A DNA stretch of 64,000 nucleotides, taken from the sequence record OM319461.1; one strand, written 5' to 3'. Shown here in pieces: positions 16,958 to 26,730 of this stretch (its first letter is position 1; each line of letters starts with the position of its first letter). The notes below the pieces were generated by a model. The model searched no databases. It saw only the letters and a list, made by a program, of their open reading frames with translations, and had not been told where the DNA came from. A program made the position numbers and the translations under genes.

Positions 16958-19900
16958 TTAATTACATAGACGACCCCATGCAGGCTGTTTAGCCGCATCT
17001 GCTGCCATTGGTACGTCATCCGTAACAAAGTCAGTAGGTTGTACATGGTGGTTTGTAACACAAAGAGATGACAGGTCTTGATCGAAAGCCGTACAGTCAG
17101 ACAAGAAACCATCGATAACTTTGATGTAGTTGAATGGTACATCCAACACACTGTTATTGAATGACGTAGCACCTTTTAGGAATGACGTACAATCTTCTAC
17201 CATAGCCATATCGATATCGATCGGTTGGTTGTAGCTTGTACAGCCTTCAAAGAAGCTAGACATGTCAGTAAACATAGTCGACGTGATTTGCAGTACGTTG
17301 TTGAACGCAGTAGCACCTTTCAAGAACGACTTGGCACTCGTAGCAATAGGAACATAAACCACGATGTCATTTGCCAACGATGCACAGCCCATGAATAACT
17401 GGTTAACGTCCAATGCTTGACGAGCACTGATGTTCACCGTACCATTAAGTGATGCACAGTCCTTGAATAACTCTTCAAGACTTGTAGCAATCGTTGCAGA
17501 GAAAGAAACAGGACCAGTAAGCGCAGCACAACCACGGAACATCGCTTTCAGCTTAAGTGCATTAGGAGCTGCAAAAGCAACACCGCCAGCCAAAGCCAAA
17601 GCACCGTCAAACATTTCTTCGCCTTCAATCAAACGAGGGAACACGTAAGAAGTGAAAGGATTGGTTGTTAAAGCAACAGCACCAGCAAACATGCGGTTAG
17701 CAACTTCTAGTGACTGAGGATTCAAACCAGTTGCTTGATCAAATGCTTCCGCACCAGTAAACATCTCTGTGGCTGTCTTCACCGTAGAGAAGTCAATCAC
17801 TAGTGTAGAGTTAAAGACAGGAGCCTGGTAGAACATGCCCTGTGTTGACTCCAGAGTTGTCGCAGCGATTGTTACGGGTGCATTAAACAGAGGTGTATAT
17901 GCAAACATCTCGCCGACGTCAGTAAGTACACCAGAAGTGATTGATACTGCCTGTGTCATAAGTGCCGCAGATTTGAATACGCCCTTAGCTTTAGAAAGCA
18001 ATGGCAAGTTAACCGAGAATACTTGGTTGTAAACAGCCGCGCTTTCAAACATACCAGAGATGTCATTCAGTACTGGAGCATTCAGAGATGGAATCGGCGT
18101 ATCGAATACAGTCGACTCTGCGAACATGCGTCGTGCATTAGCTAGCTTCGTCCATGCTAAACCACTGATGTCTTGGTTGAAGCTTGTGTTACCTTCAAAC
18201 ATACCTTCAGTAGTAACAACACTAGAAACATCCAATTCTGCAATAGATGCATTAAAGGCACCCATGCGTCGGAACATCGCGTCCATGAATTGAACACTTG
18301 ATGTATCCCACTTCGAGATATCGATTGTGCCAGTAGCGCCTTCAAACATCTCGCCCATGTCAACGATCTTGCTAACGTCAAAACCAGATATGTCTTGTGG
18401 AACTTCTGCATAACGATACATACCACGCATTGCAGTAATGAAGCGGAACGAGTAATCACCGTCGAAAACATACTTCGTATCTGGTTCAGAGAAGAAGTAG
18501 TTTAAGTCAGTCAATGTTTCGAAAGCATAACGATCTGCAATACGACGCATTTCTGCATCTAGTTCTGCAAGAACAACAGGATCAGTACCATCTGGAACGA
18601 GCGCTAGCTGACAGATCGGTTGATTGGACTTCTTAGACGCTTTGATAGCAAAGCCTGTTTCAAGATCCAATGTGTCAGAACGAAGCATGCCGACGTTAGG
18701 TACTGCCATGCGCATGTGGTAGTTGTCACCACTGCCTGACTTGTGTACCTTGATGGTTTCCATTTTGTTATCAATGTTTACATAACCACGACCGTTTTCG
18801 TCTTCGCCATAAATACCAAACACACCAGGAACATCAAACACAATGTGGTTGTTGCCCTTTTGGTCAGCAATAAAGCGAACTTCATCACCTGGCTTCTCAA
18901 CTGCTTTTGTACCGCGAGTGTCTTGGAACAGAGAGTACTTGTCCGTAGTATCCCAGAAAGATTCTACTGCATCGGGGATGCGTTTGTCAGTGCGCTCTAC
19001 GTCACAGAAAACACCAGTAATCTTTGTTGCCTGTTCGACATTGGAGTTAGGATCAACATAGGCATAACCTACCTCGATACCATCCTCTGGATTCATGCGT
19101 GTCCAACCTTGGTCACGGAAAGCACCCGCTGCCAAAGCTTTGTCTGTATACCATAGTGCACCGTGCTGGTCATAAATGACCGAGTCTGCTTCATAAGACT
19201 CAAACGGACTATGTGGATTCACAAAAGATTCATAGCCTTCAGCAGAAACCCATTCCTCTGCAACAAACTCAGGACCAGTCATTTCAGTCGGAATTGTAAT
19301 GGTCTCTTCGCCGATAACTGCGCCAGCCGCTGTGAATTCAATTGGGTAACCAGCAATACCTTTTTGTACAAGCTTCGGTGCAGCCGAGGTATCGAGTAGA
19401 ATCGCAGTATTGTTACGCATGAAGTACATGCCAAATGTACCGTCTGCGGCTGTGGTCACGTCTTCGATAAGGTCTGTGTCTTGGTCATAAACCTTTACAG
19501 TACTGTCGGCAGAAACAAAGTAAACCTTGTTTGTACCATCTAGACCAAACAGTGTATTTACACCAGCGAACACTTGCGGGTTGCCAGCAGTGATATTGCC
19601 GAACTGTACAAAACCACTATCAGGAACATATTGGTAAAGTTGGTTGTCAGATGCATCAAGTACCACAGGAAGACCGTTTAGCATTGTGCCTTTAACAGGG
19701 CCGACCAGACTACCTTTAACGTTTGTCCATGTGCCAGCTTCGAAGCGCCATAGCTCAGAGCCAAACCCATCGATCGTGTAGATAACATTATCTTCGATGA
19801 GTACTTGTTGTGCAGTACGAAGGTTACCATCAGGGATAACTGACCAGTCGCCCGTGGTAGCGTCACGCAAATAAAGACCGACACCAGCAGCATTAGCAAG

Positions 19901-20641
19901 TACATTGCCATTGGTGCTATCAATCGCTAAACTTGTAATTTGGTTCCAGTCTGGAGCATTAGCGCCACCAGAGATGTCTACCATATTGAAATCATTGGTA
20001 CCTGACAAGAAAGGCATGCGACTGTCATTCAACAAAGCAACATAATCGCCACGTACGTCGATTGCATCCATAGCACCAGTAAAGCCAACTAGATTGATGT
20101 CTTCAAATGATGCTGGTACAAGTGCCTGATTAACACGCAATACAATCTCTTCGTTGGCCATACCCACGTACTCGCCACTAAAGCTAGCTGTTTTAGCAAC
20201 CGCAGTCAGATCACGCAGTTCGATTAAACCGATAACTTCGTCACGTGTTTTGTTGTAAACCTCAACATCGATCTCTGTAACTGCATCACCAGTCGCACTA
20301 AGAGAAATGTCAAGGTCTACTTCAGCATAACGCGGAAAAGTAAACACACTGGCAATCTCGCCAGTTTGTGCATCGATAGTAGGAGTCGGAGTTTCGCTAA
20401 TGAGGTCGTCATTAGAACCATAGAAAGGATCGCGTTTAGCTTTAACGCTAACTACTGCTTTAAGAATAGCTCCGTCGCGGTTAACAAAGCTACCTGCTGC
20501 GTAGTCCTTCGCTGGATCAAATGCCTCAACAACAGATGGACGCATAGAGGTATTCGTAGATGGGAATAGTACCCAATCCAAGTTCTCACCGCCTTCGCGT
20601 TCTGTTTTCTTTAAACGAATAACAAAATCTTTGTTAGCCAT
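16958..20641 (-). CDS. tail-fibre/adhesin-like protein with C-terminal DUF285 (BspA-family) repeats
   Basis: WDTSSVQFMDAMF, LDVSSVVTTEGMFEGNTSFNQDI repeats; N-terminal CBM5/12-like and propeller-like segments; LFQDTRGTKAV..GDEVRFIADQKGNNH motif. Confidence 0.75.
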   Translation of the reverse strand: MANKDFVIRLKKTEREGGENLDWVLFPSTNTSMRPSVVEAFDPAKDYAAGSFVNRDGAILKAVVSVKAKRDPFYGSNDDLISETPTPTIDAQTGEIASVFTFPRYAEVDLDISLSATGDAVTEIDVEVYNKTRDEVIGLIELRDLTAVAKTASFSGEYVGMANEEIVLRVNQALVPASFEDINLVGFTGAMDAIDVRGDYVALLNDSRMPFLSGTNDFNMVDISGGANAPDWNQITSLAIDSTNGNVLANAAGVGLYLRDATTGDWSVIPDGNLRTAQQVLIEDNVIYTIDGFGSELWRFEAGTWTNVKGSLVGPVKGTMLNGLPVVLDASDNQLYQYVPDSGFVQFGNITAGNPQVFAGVNTLFGLDGTNKVYFVSADSTVKVYDQDTDLIEDVTTAADGTFGMYFMRNNTAILLDTSAAPKLVQKGIAGYPIEFTAAGAVIGEETITIPTEMTGPEFVAEEWVSAEGYESFVNPHSPFESYEADSVIYDQHGALWYTDKALAAGAFRDQGWTRMNPEDGIEVGYAYVDPNSNVEQATKITGVFCDVERTDKRIPDAVESFWDTTDKYSLFQDTRGTKAVEKPGDEVRFIADQKGNNHIVFDVPGVFGIYGEDENGRGYVNIDNKMETIKVHKSGSGDNYHMRMAVPNVGMLRSDTLDLETGFAIKASKKSNQPICQLALVPDGTDPVVLAELDAEMRRIADRYAFETLTDLNYFFSEPDTKYVFDGDYSFRFITAMRGMYRYAEVPQDISGFDVSKIVDMGEMFEGATGTIDISKWDTSSVQFMDAMFRRMGAFNASIAELDVSSVVTTEGMFEGNTSFNQDISGLAWTKLANARRMFAESTVFDTPIPSLNAPVLNDISGMFESAAVYNQVFSVNLPLLSKAKGVFKSAALMTQAVSITSGVLTDVGEMFAYTPLFNAPVTIAATTLESTQGMFYQAPVFNSTLVIDFSTVKTATEMFTGAEAFDQATGLNPQSLEVANRMFAGAVALTTNPFTSYVFPRLIEGEEMFDGALALAGGVAFAAPNALKLKAMFRGCAALTGPVSFSATIATSLEELFKDCASLNGTVNISARQALDVNQLFMGCASLANDIVVYVPIATSAKSFLKGATAFNNVLQITSTMFTDMSSFFEGCTSYNQPIDIDMAMVEDCTSFLKGATSFNNSVLDVPFNYIKVIDGFLSDCTAFDQDLSSLCVTNHHVQPTDFVTDDVPMAADAAKQPAWGRLCN

Positions 20642-20669
20642 TATTAATCTCCAAGAAAAAAATAAAAAT

Positions 20670-20691
20670 GGGAGTCAGTTATCTAACTCCC
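20670..20691 (-). terminator. intrinsic terminator after nrdB
   Basis: GGGAGT...ACTCCC stem plus long U tract. Confidence 0.7.
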
Positions 20692-20717
20692 TTAAAAGGC
20701 GCAAACCACCTATAAAA

Positions 20718-22835
20718 TTAAACGAAGTCTAGGCTATCTAAATCGTCTTCTGAGACGTCAGTGTCTAGATCCCCAGTTAGGTAGTCTGTAATTTCTTCTT
20801 CTTGTGGTGCTACCTGTGTTGAATCAGAACTTAGCCAACCGGACGTAAAGATCCATGGTAGCGGGTTTTCTGTCTGGTCAGGGAACGGAATACCCATTTG
20901 AACAGTAGACATACGAACGTTCGCAATGTAGCGCACAAAGCGCTTGATGTAGTCCGCATTAAGACCAATCAATGAACCGTGTTGGAAAAGATGGTCTGCC
21001 CAATCTTCTTCGTTCTGTACTGCTTGTAGGAAGATACCTTTGAACTCATCAAAGTTCTCATCCCATGCTTCTTTCCATAGCGGTGCTTTACGCAGGACAT
21101 TGATCATGTACTCAGTGCCCTTAAGATGGAGTGCCTCGTCCCTGGCGATCAAACGAATGATGTTACCGTTACCGCGCATCTTTTTCTTTTCTGCAAAAGC
21201 AAAGCTACAAGCAAAGCTCACGTAGAATGCAATCGCTTCCAATGCGTTAACCGTAACCAATGCTTTCAGGACATGGTAACGGTGTTTGTGCATAAACTCT
21301 TCGCTTGGAGTTTCACCGCGATTGAGAATATTGCGACGCTCAGTATTCATGTCGATACATTCGTTGTATGCAGCCGTAAAGAATTCAGCACGTTTGATGA
21401 TTGCAGGGTTAACTGTAATGTCAGAAAGAATTTCTTCTGGGTGGTTAACTAGGTTGCGGATGATGTGCGTGTAAGAACGAGAATGGATCGTGTTACCTGT
21501 AACAGAAACAACGCCATTATATCGAATCAAGAAAGCACCAGTCGAAGTTTCAAGGCAGCGAACCTTGCCTTTATAAGGAACAATTTCTTTCTCAATGGAT
21601 TGGCCATCTTTGGTGTGTCTGGCGACCACATTGATTTCATATACATCCGCATAGGTTTCTTTTCTCTCGTCTTTTCGGACTGCTAAACGAGGAGAGCGTC
21701 CACATAGAGAAGACACGGCCTGTACAATATCGGCATTTTCTTTAACTGTTGTAGTATAACAGAAAGTAGTGCCTGCGTCTTGATGGAAGCGATGACCATC
21801 CCAGTGTGAAACTTCTTCCAGGAACGATTCTGCCCATGGTAAGTTAATCTCTCCTAGTTTGACCCATGAGAAAGTTTTTGGGTCAGGAACATCCGAAAGA
21901 AGTTCGATTGGAATTGAAACCTTGAAGCGTTTTTGGTCGTCTCTCTTGTTATCTGTTAGCTCTGTCAGTTCAAAGCCGCCGTCCAAACAGATTTCTTTTA
22001 GTCGCTCAATCTTACGTTCTTTTTGGAAGCTGAACCAGAATGGAATAGTGCCGCATTTTTCACCGGTGTATCTATTCGATTTAGTTCCATCAGCTTGCAG
22101 TGCAATCAGGAAACGCTCAAGAGGAGTAAGAATTGACGAAGCCTTTTCATTGTACTTAATGAAACCACTGATCGGTGCCAAGTGATGCGCTGCGTATTCT
22201 TGTCGACCAGCTTCATTGAAATAGCGTTTCTGAGTACCATCGTTGCGACGATCGCGATGAATAACCGGCATTCGGTGGTTAGGTGTGACCAGCTGATCAA
22301 ACTGTTTTCCGTTCTTGGATTTGAAATGGACAATGTCACCTTCTACGTCATACTCAGGAACGCGCTTTGGATGTTCGAAGTGAACACTGTCGTCGTCTAG
22401 GTCATAAACTAGACACTGATCTTCGACTGTCACGTCGGCCATGTCCTTCCATCCAGATGTAGTTAGTACTTCTGTACCTTCTGCCAGGCATTCGGAGAAT
22501 GACCAAGTTTCAATCCACGTTTCTAATTCAGGAATAGAAGCAAGCTCAAGGAAAGCCAAGTTAGGACTGCGACCTTGAATAGAATCCAATAGCGTTTGGT
22601 ATTTCAAGTTTTCAGTGAAGATAAAGCGCTCGTGGTCTGTCATCCCTTCAAAGTCAATGCGGTCTTTGGTGATGTTGATTTCTTCAGGTCGCCAGAAGAA
22701 TGCAAGTTGACGGCTAATCAGGCGCTCGAACTCAGGATGTGTCTGTTCATCATAGCGTGCTGTGCTTACTGGTTCACCAAGAAACATTGGTTGGTTAAGG
22801 TAGTCGGTTGGGCCTGACTTAAATACATCTACCAT
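20718..22835 (-). CDS. nrdB: class Ia ribonucleotide reductase beta subunit, intein-containing
   Basis: FFWRPEE, WSFSE|TIHSRSY, EAIAFYVSF, IARDEALH; 372-aa extein after removing intein. Confidence 0.95.
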   Translation of the reverse strand: MVDVFKSGPTDYLNQPMFLGEPVSTARYDEQTHPEFERLISRQLAFFWRPEEINITKDRIDFEGMTDHERFIFTENLKYQTLLDSIQGRSPNLAFLELASIPELETWIETWSFSECLAEGTEVLTTSGWKDMADVTVEDQCLVYDLDDDSVHFEHPKRVPEYDVEGDIVHFKSKNGKQFDQLVTPNHRMPVIHRDRRNDGTQKRYFNEAGRQEYAAHHLAPISGFIKYNEKASSILTPLERFLIALQADGTKSNRYTGEKCGTIPFWFSFQKERKIERLKEICLDGGFELTELTDNKRDDQKRFKVSIPIELLSDVPDPKTFSWVKLGEINLPWAESFLEEVSHWDGHRFHQDAGTTFCYTTTVKENADIVQAVSSLCGRSPRLAVRKDERKETYADVYEINVVARHTKDGQSIEKEIVPYKGKVRCLETSTGAFLIRYNGVVSVTGNTIHSRSYTHIIRNLVNHPEEILSDITVNPAIIKRAEFFTAAYNECIDMNTERRNILNRGETPSEEFMHKHRYHVLKALVTVNALEAIAFYVSFACSFAFAEKKKMRGNGNIIRLIARDEALHLKGTEYMINVLRKAPLWKEAWDENFDEFKGIFLQAVQNEEDWADHLFQHGSLIGLNADYIKRFVRYIANVRMSTVQMGIPFPDQTENPLPWIFTSGWLSSDSTQVAPQEEEITDYLTGDLDTDVSEDDLDSLDFV
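21492..22490 (-). mobile_element. 333-aa intein with LAGLIDADG-type endonuclease
   Basis: Starts CLAEGTEV, ends VSVTGN, +1 Thr; FLIALQADG and FLEEVSHWDG motifs. Confidence 0.92.
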
Positions 22836-22849
22836 TTTTAATTTTCCTA

Positions 22850-23416
22850 TTATTGAATTTCTGTTTCTGCGAAAGTTTGACTTGGAGTTACGGTGATAGT
22901 TGAGCTTGATGTGCTACCGAACATTCCACTTTCGAACATTTGTTTTTGACTGTCACGAGTAAACTCGCCGTTTACCATGAAAGGAACAAGGTCTTTCCAA
23001 TAAAGATCTCTCAGTACAAGTACTTTAAGATTCCACTTCTCGTTGATGACCAGTACATCGCCTTTTGAAAAATCAGGCATCTCTTCCAATGCAATCGCAT
23101 GGGTATTGCCAGCGGAGTCAATTAGCTTTACTTGACGGAACGGGATATCGTCAATGGCTAGCTGTAGTCCATGTACCTGATGATTGTCTCGCTTAGGTAA
23201 GCTAAACATACAAGTGATCGTATCGTGGTATCCTTCATAATAAAGATTGATTAGATGCTCGATAGAATCAGCGTCCTGCCATTCTAAGTGGGCCATGATG
23301 AAGCCAGCCAAACTCAATTCCTGTTTACCACTCACCCACTCAACGATTAGCTTTCCGTCCACTATCTCGATAGGACAAGGGAAGGTGATTTCGGATACTT
23401 CTGCTACTTCAAACAT
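22850..23416 (-). CDS. hypothetical protein (start MFEVAEV)
   Basis: TAATG coupling, GGAG SD. Confidence 0.7.
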   Translation of the reverse strand: MFEVAEVSEITFPCPIEIVDGKLIVEWVSGKQELSLAGFIMAHLEWQDADSIEHLINLYYEGYHDTITCMFSLPKRDNHQVHGLQLAIDDIPFRQVKLIDSAGNTHAIALEEMPDFSKGDVLVINEKWNLKVLVLRDLYWKDLVPFMVNGEFTRDSQKQMFESGMFGSTSSSTITVTPSQTFAETEIQ

Positions 23417-23802
23417 TAGTGACCAACTCCTTTTATTTCCAAGACAAAACCACGAGCCGTGGTTACCATGATACTGCAATAGAACGGACAGGAGATTTCG
23501 TAGTAACGATGCTCGTCTCCATCTGATTCCGTTAGCGTTAGGCGATAGTCATTACGACGCTCACTATCAAGACTGACAAAGCCACAACGATTCTTGTCCT
23601 TAAGGATGGCATTGTTTGCAGCAAGAAACAAACCTTCAATGTCTCTTACGGTACCTAATGCGTCGTGACGTGATTCATAATGAGCCAGTTCGATTAAAGC
23701 GGGAATAGTAATGATTGTGCCATTTGACTTAATACATGGTTCGCCATCGATTTCGATGTGTTCAATGTGACGTGCCGTACACGCATCTACTGAAAAGTCC
23801 AT
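23416..23802 (-). CDS. hypothetical protein (start MDFSVDA)
   Basis: GAGG SD. Confidence 0.7.
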   Translation of the reverse strand: MDFSVDACTARHIEHIEIDGEPCIKSNGTIITIPALIELAHYESRHDALGTVRDIEGLFLAANNAILKDKNRCGFVSLDSERRNDYRLTLTESDGDEHRYYEISCPFYCSIMVTTARGFVLEIKGVGH

Positions 23803-23884
23803 TGTTACCTCTCGATATAAAGAGGCCCCCAAGTTGAAAGTTACCAACCATCTCAGCTCGGGGGCATTAAGCTAAGTTAGTTTA

Positions 23885-26170
23885 TTAGATTTTGCAGCCA
23901 CCACCAGAGCACGACTCATCTTCCTTCTCTACTGAGATTGTTAGACGATCTTCGCCTTGAGGCTGTGTGTTGTGGTAGTAGAGTGTCTTAAGCCCAAATT
24001 TGACTGCTAGTGCCAGGTCAGCCAATAGGCGTTTCACTGGAACCTTACCGTTCGGGAAGTGAGACGGTACATAGTACGTGTTAGCAGAGATTGCTTGGTC
24101 AACAAACTTCTGTAGTACTGCAACCGTATACAAGTAACCGGTGTTGTTTGGCATTTCCCATGCATAGGTGTATGCATCAATGTCAATACCATTCAGTGGC
24201 ACTACAAGTTTCAGAGGACCAGACTTCGATGTCTTGGTGGTTACTTCACGACGAGGTGGTTCAATGCCATTAGTTGCACCACAAACTTGAGAGCTTGTTT
24301 CAGAAGGCATCAATGCAGTTACTGTAGCGTTACGAATACCGTACTTAGCGATGTCTGCACGAAGACCTTCCCAGTCCATGTGTAGTGGTTCGCTAGTAAG
24401 CTGGTCAACGTTCTTGCAGTAAGTATCGATTACCATTTGGCCTTTAGCGTAACGCAAGTTATCAAAACCTTCACAGCGACCAAACTCTTTTGCTAGTTGA
24501 ACAGATGCACTCATCAAGTAGAACTGCATCATTTCCATCTTGCGGTGAGTGTAGTCAAGTGCAGCTTGTTCACCGTACTTCCAGCCGTTCTTTGCCATGT
24601 CCGCAGCATAGTTGATGATACCAACGCCAAGTGGGCGGTATAGATCAACAGATCGTTGTGCGGCTAGCAAAGGATAGTCTTGGTAAGATAGAAGATCATC
24701 AAGAGCACGGATAACAATATCAGCACACTCTTTAAAGTCTTCTTCTGTGTTAAGCTCTAGCCAGTTAAATGCCGATAGTGTACATAGAGCGATCTCTGCG
24801 TTCTCGTCGTGTACACTGTGCTTAAGTGGCTTGGTAGGTAGCGCAATTTCAAGGCACAGGTTTGATTGGCGTACAGGAGCTTTCTCAGGGTCGAATGGAC
24901 CATGGCTGTTTGCATGGTTAGCATCGAACCAGTAGTAACGACCTGTCTGACTACGTTCGTTCAAGAACTCAGTCATGAACTCTAGTGTGTTAACACGAAC
25001 AGACGTGTCTTTCAACAGAGGGTTGTTTTCTGCTGCTTCGTAAAGACGCTTAAATTCTTCGTAGTCATCTGAGAAGAATGCCTTAACAACTTCTGGGATT
25101 TGAGTTGTGTCAAACAAAGTAATCTCACCACGAATACGCTCTAGTAGGAAACGAGAGCCCTGTAGCGAGTAATCCAAATCACGAGCACGTGTTTCATCAG
25201 TACCACGGTTATTCTTCAGTACAAGGAAGTCACGCGCGTCACGGTGGAAGAACGGATAGAATGCTGTCGCACTACCGTTACGAATACCGCCTTGGCTACA
25301 TGAGTTGGTTGCTGCTTCGAACAGTTTGATGAACTGTGTGACACCTGTGTGTCGGCTAGAACCATCACGGATAGGAGAGCCTTTAGGACGGATAGCACCA
25401 AAGTTGATACCGATACCAGCACGCTTAGCTACGTAAACCATAATCGCTGTAGTAGCCGCACCAATGCCTAGGATAGAGTCATCCGATTCAATAACAACAC
25501 AAGAAGAGAACTGACGTAAAGAAGTACGAACACCAGCCATGATAGGTGTAGGTAGAGATACTTTACCAGAAGAAGTTACTTCGTAGAACTTGCGAATGTA
25601 TTCCATGCGCTCTGCATGAGGATATGCACTAAATAGAGTTGCACCAACCAAAAGGTAAATGAACTGCGGAGATTCAAAGATTTCACCTGTGTTACGGTCT
25701 TGTACAACGTACTTGTCGCGTAACTGTGCCATGCCTGCCCAGCCGATGTTTAAGTCGCGGCTATGGTCAATGATGGTTTCTAGCTCGTCTAGTTGTTCAG
25801 GTGTGTAGTGTTCTAACAGAGTGTGGTCGTAACGACCTTGCGTCACCATGCGTTCTACTTGAGAACGAATTGTTGGTGGCTCGAAACCGCCGAATGCTTC
25901 TTTGCGCATTTCGAATAGCTTTAAACGACCAGCCAGGATTTGGTAATCTGGTGCGTCTTTTGTAATAAGACTTACAGCAGCCATGATTAGAGCTTCATGA
26001 ATCTCTGTAGTAGGAATGCCGTCATAAAGGTCAATTGATGCCTTCATGATAACCGCACTTGCAGAAACACCGTGTAGGCCTTCTGCTGCCCAGTCAACAA
26101 CACGACTTACTTTATCTTCAGTGAACTTCTCTTGTACACCTAGTCGTTTTGTAACGTTAATGTTAAGCAT
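23885..26170 (-). CDS. nrdA: class Ia ribonucleotide reductase alpha subunit
   Basis: N-terminal ATP cone, QFSSC, RQSNLCLEI, ALCTLSA, TLYY, C-terminal CSGGGC. Confidence 0.97.
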   Translation of the reverse strand: MLNINVTKRLGVQEKFTEDKVSRVVDWAAEGLHGVSASAVIMKASIDLYDGIPTTEIHEALIMAAVSLITKDAPDYQILAGRLKLFEMRKEAFGGFEPPTIRSQVERMVTQGRYDHTLLEHYTPEQLDELETIIDHSRDLNIGWAGMAQLRDKYVVQDRNTGEIFESPQFIYLLVGATLFSAYPHAERMEYIRKFYEVTSSGKVSLPTPIMAGVRTSLRQFSSCVVIESDDSILGIGAATTAIMVYVAKRAGIGINFGAIRPKGSPIRDGSSRHTGVTQFIKLFEAATNSCSQGGIRNGSATAFYPFFHRDARDFLVLKNNRGTDETRARDLDYSLQGSRFLLERIRGEITLFDTTQIPEVVKAFFSDDYEEFKRLYEAAENNPLLKDTSVRVNTLEFMTEFLNERSQTGRYYWFDANHANSHGPFDPEKAPVRQSNLCLEIALPTKPLKHSVHDENAEIALCTLSAFNWLELNTEEDFKECADIVIRALDDLLSYQDYPLLAAQRSVDLYRPLGVGIINYAADMAKNGWKYGEQAALDYTHRKMEMMQFYLMSASVQLAKEFGRCEGFDNLRYAKGQMVIDTYCKNVDQLTSEPLHMDWEGLRADIAKYGIRNATVTALMPSETSSQVCGATNGIEPPRREVTTKTSKSGPLKLVVPLNGIDIDAYTYAWEMPNNTGYLYTVAVLQKFVDQAISANTYYVPSHFPNGKVPVKRLLADLALAVKFGLKTLYYHNTQPQGEDRLTISVEKEDESCSGGGCKI

Positions 26171-26262
26171 TTTATTTTTCCTTTTTTAAGGTTGATGGTT
26201 GGTTTTGTTCATGTTATTACATAGGGTTGTTTTTAATTACCAAACAAAAAATAATAGATTAA

Positions 26263-26282
26263 CCACCCCCGCAAGGAGGTGG
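26263..26282 (-). terminator. intrinsic terminator
   Basis: CCACCTCC-TTGC-GGGGGTGG plus U-rich tract. Confidence 0.75.
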
Positions 26283-26289
26283 CTATTTC

Positions 26290-26730
26290 TTATTTCTTTG
26301 ACAGCGGGGCAGAGTGCTTCGCTACAATCATTTCTAGCTTTTCTAGCTGCTTATCAGTTAGTTCGCCAGTATGGTTTGTAAATGCTAGACCAGAGATAAC
26401 TGGCTCTGCCATAGCTGCTCCCAACATACCGATGTCAATATCGCTGCGTAGGCGCTTGTAACCGTGTTTTCTTAATACTAGGTTAAGTGCATGGATAAAG
26501 TACTCATCGTTGTTCTCAACGTCTCTCATGAAACGATGGACGGCATCGATGCGTTTACGACTAAGACCGTGCTTGAGATAAACCGGAATACGGCTACCTG
26601 TCATCCAGCGGGCATAGAAATACGACAAGAGCTTGCGTCGAGTATATCCACTATCAAAATGTTGTTCGGCTAGCTGTCTTATTTGTATCTCTGCGCATTT
26701 CCATTCGTTAAGAATATCAGCTGCATTCAT
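26290..26730 (-). CDS. hypothetical protein
   Basis: TAATG-coupled to tmk. Confidence 0.7.
   Translation of the reverse strand: MNAADILNEWKCAEIQIRQLAEQHFDSGYTRRKLLSYFYARWMTGSRIPVYLKHGLSRKRIDAVHRFMRDVENNDEYFIHALNLVLRKHGYKRLRSDIDIGMLGAAMAEPVISGLAFTNHTGELTDKQLEKLEMIVAKHSAPLSKK

Noticed and set aside
20718-22835. Group I intron in nrdB (as in T4)
   Set aside because: The reading frame is continuous and the insert has intein splice residues (C...N/T)
22850-23802. Free-standing homing endonucleases between nrdA and nrdB
   Set aside because: No HNH, GIY-YIG or LAGLIDADG motifs recognisable
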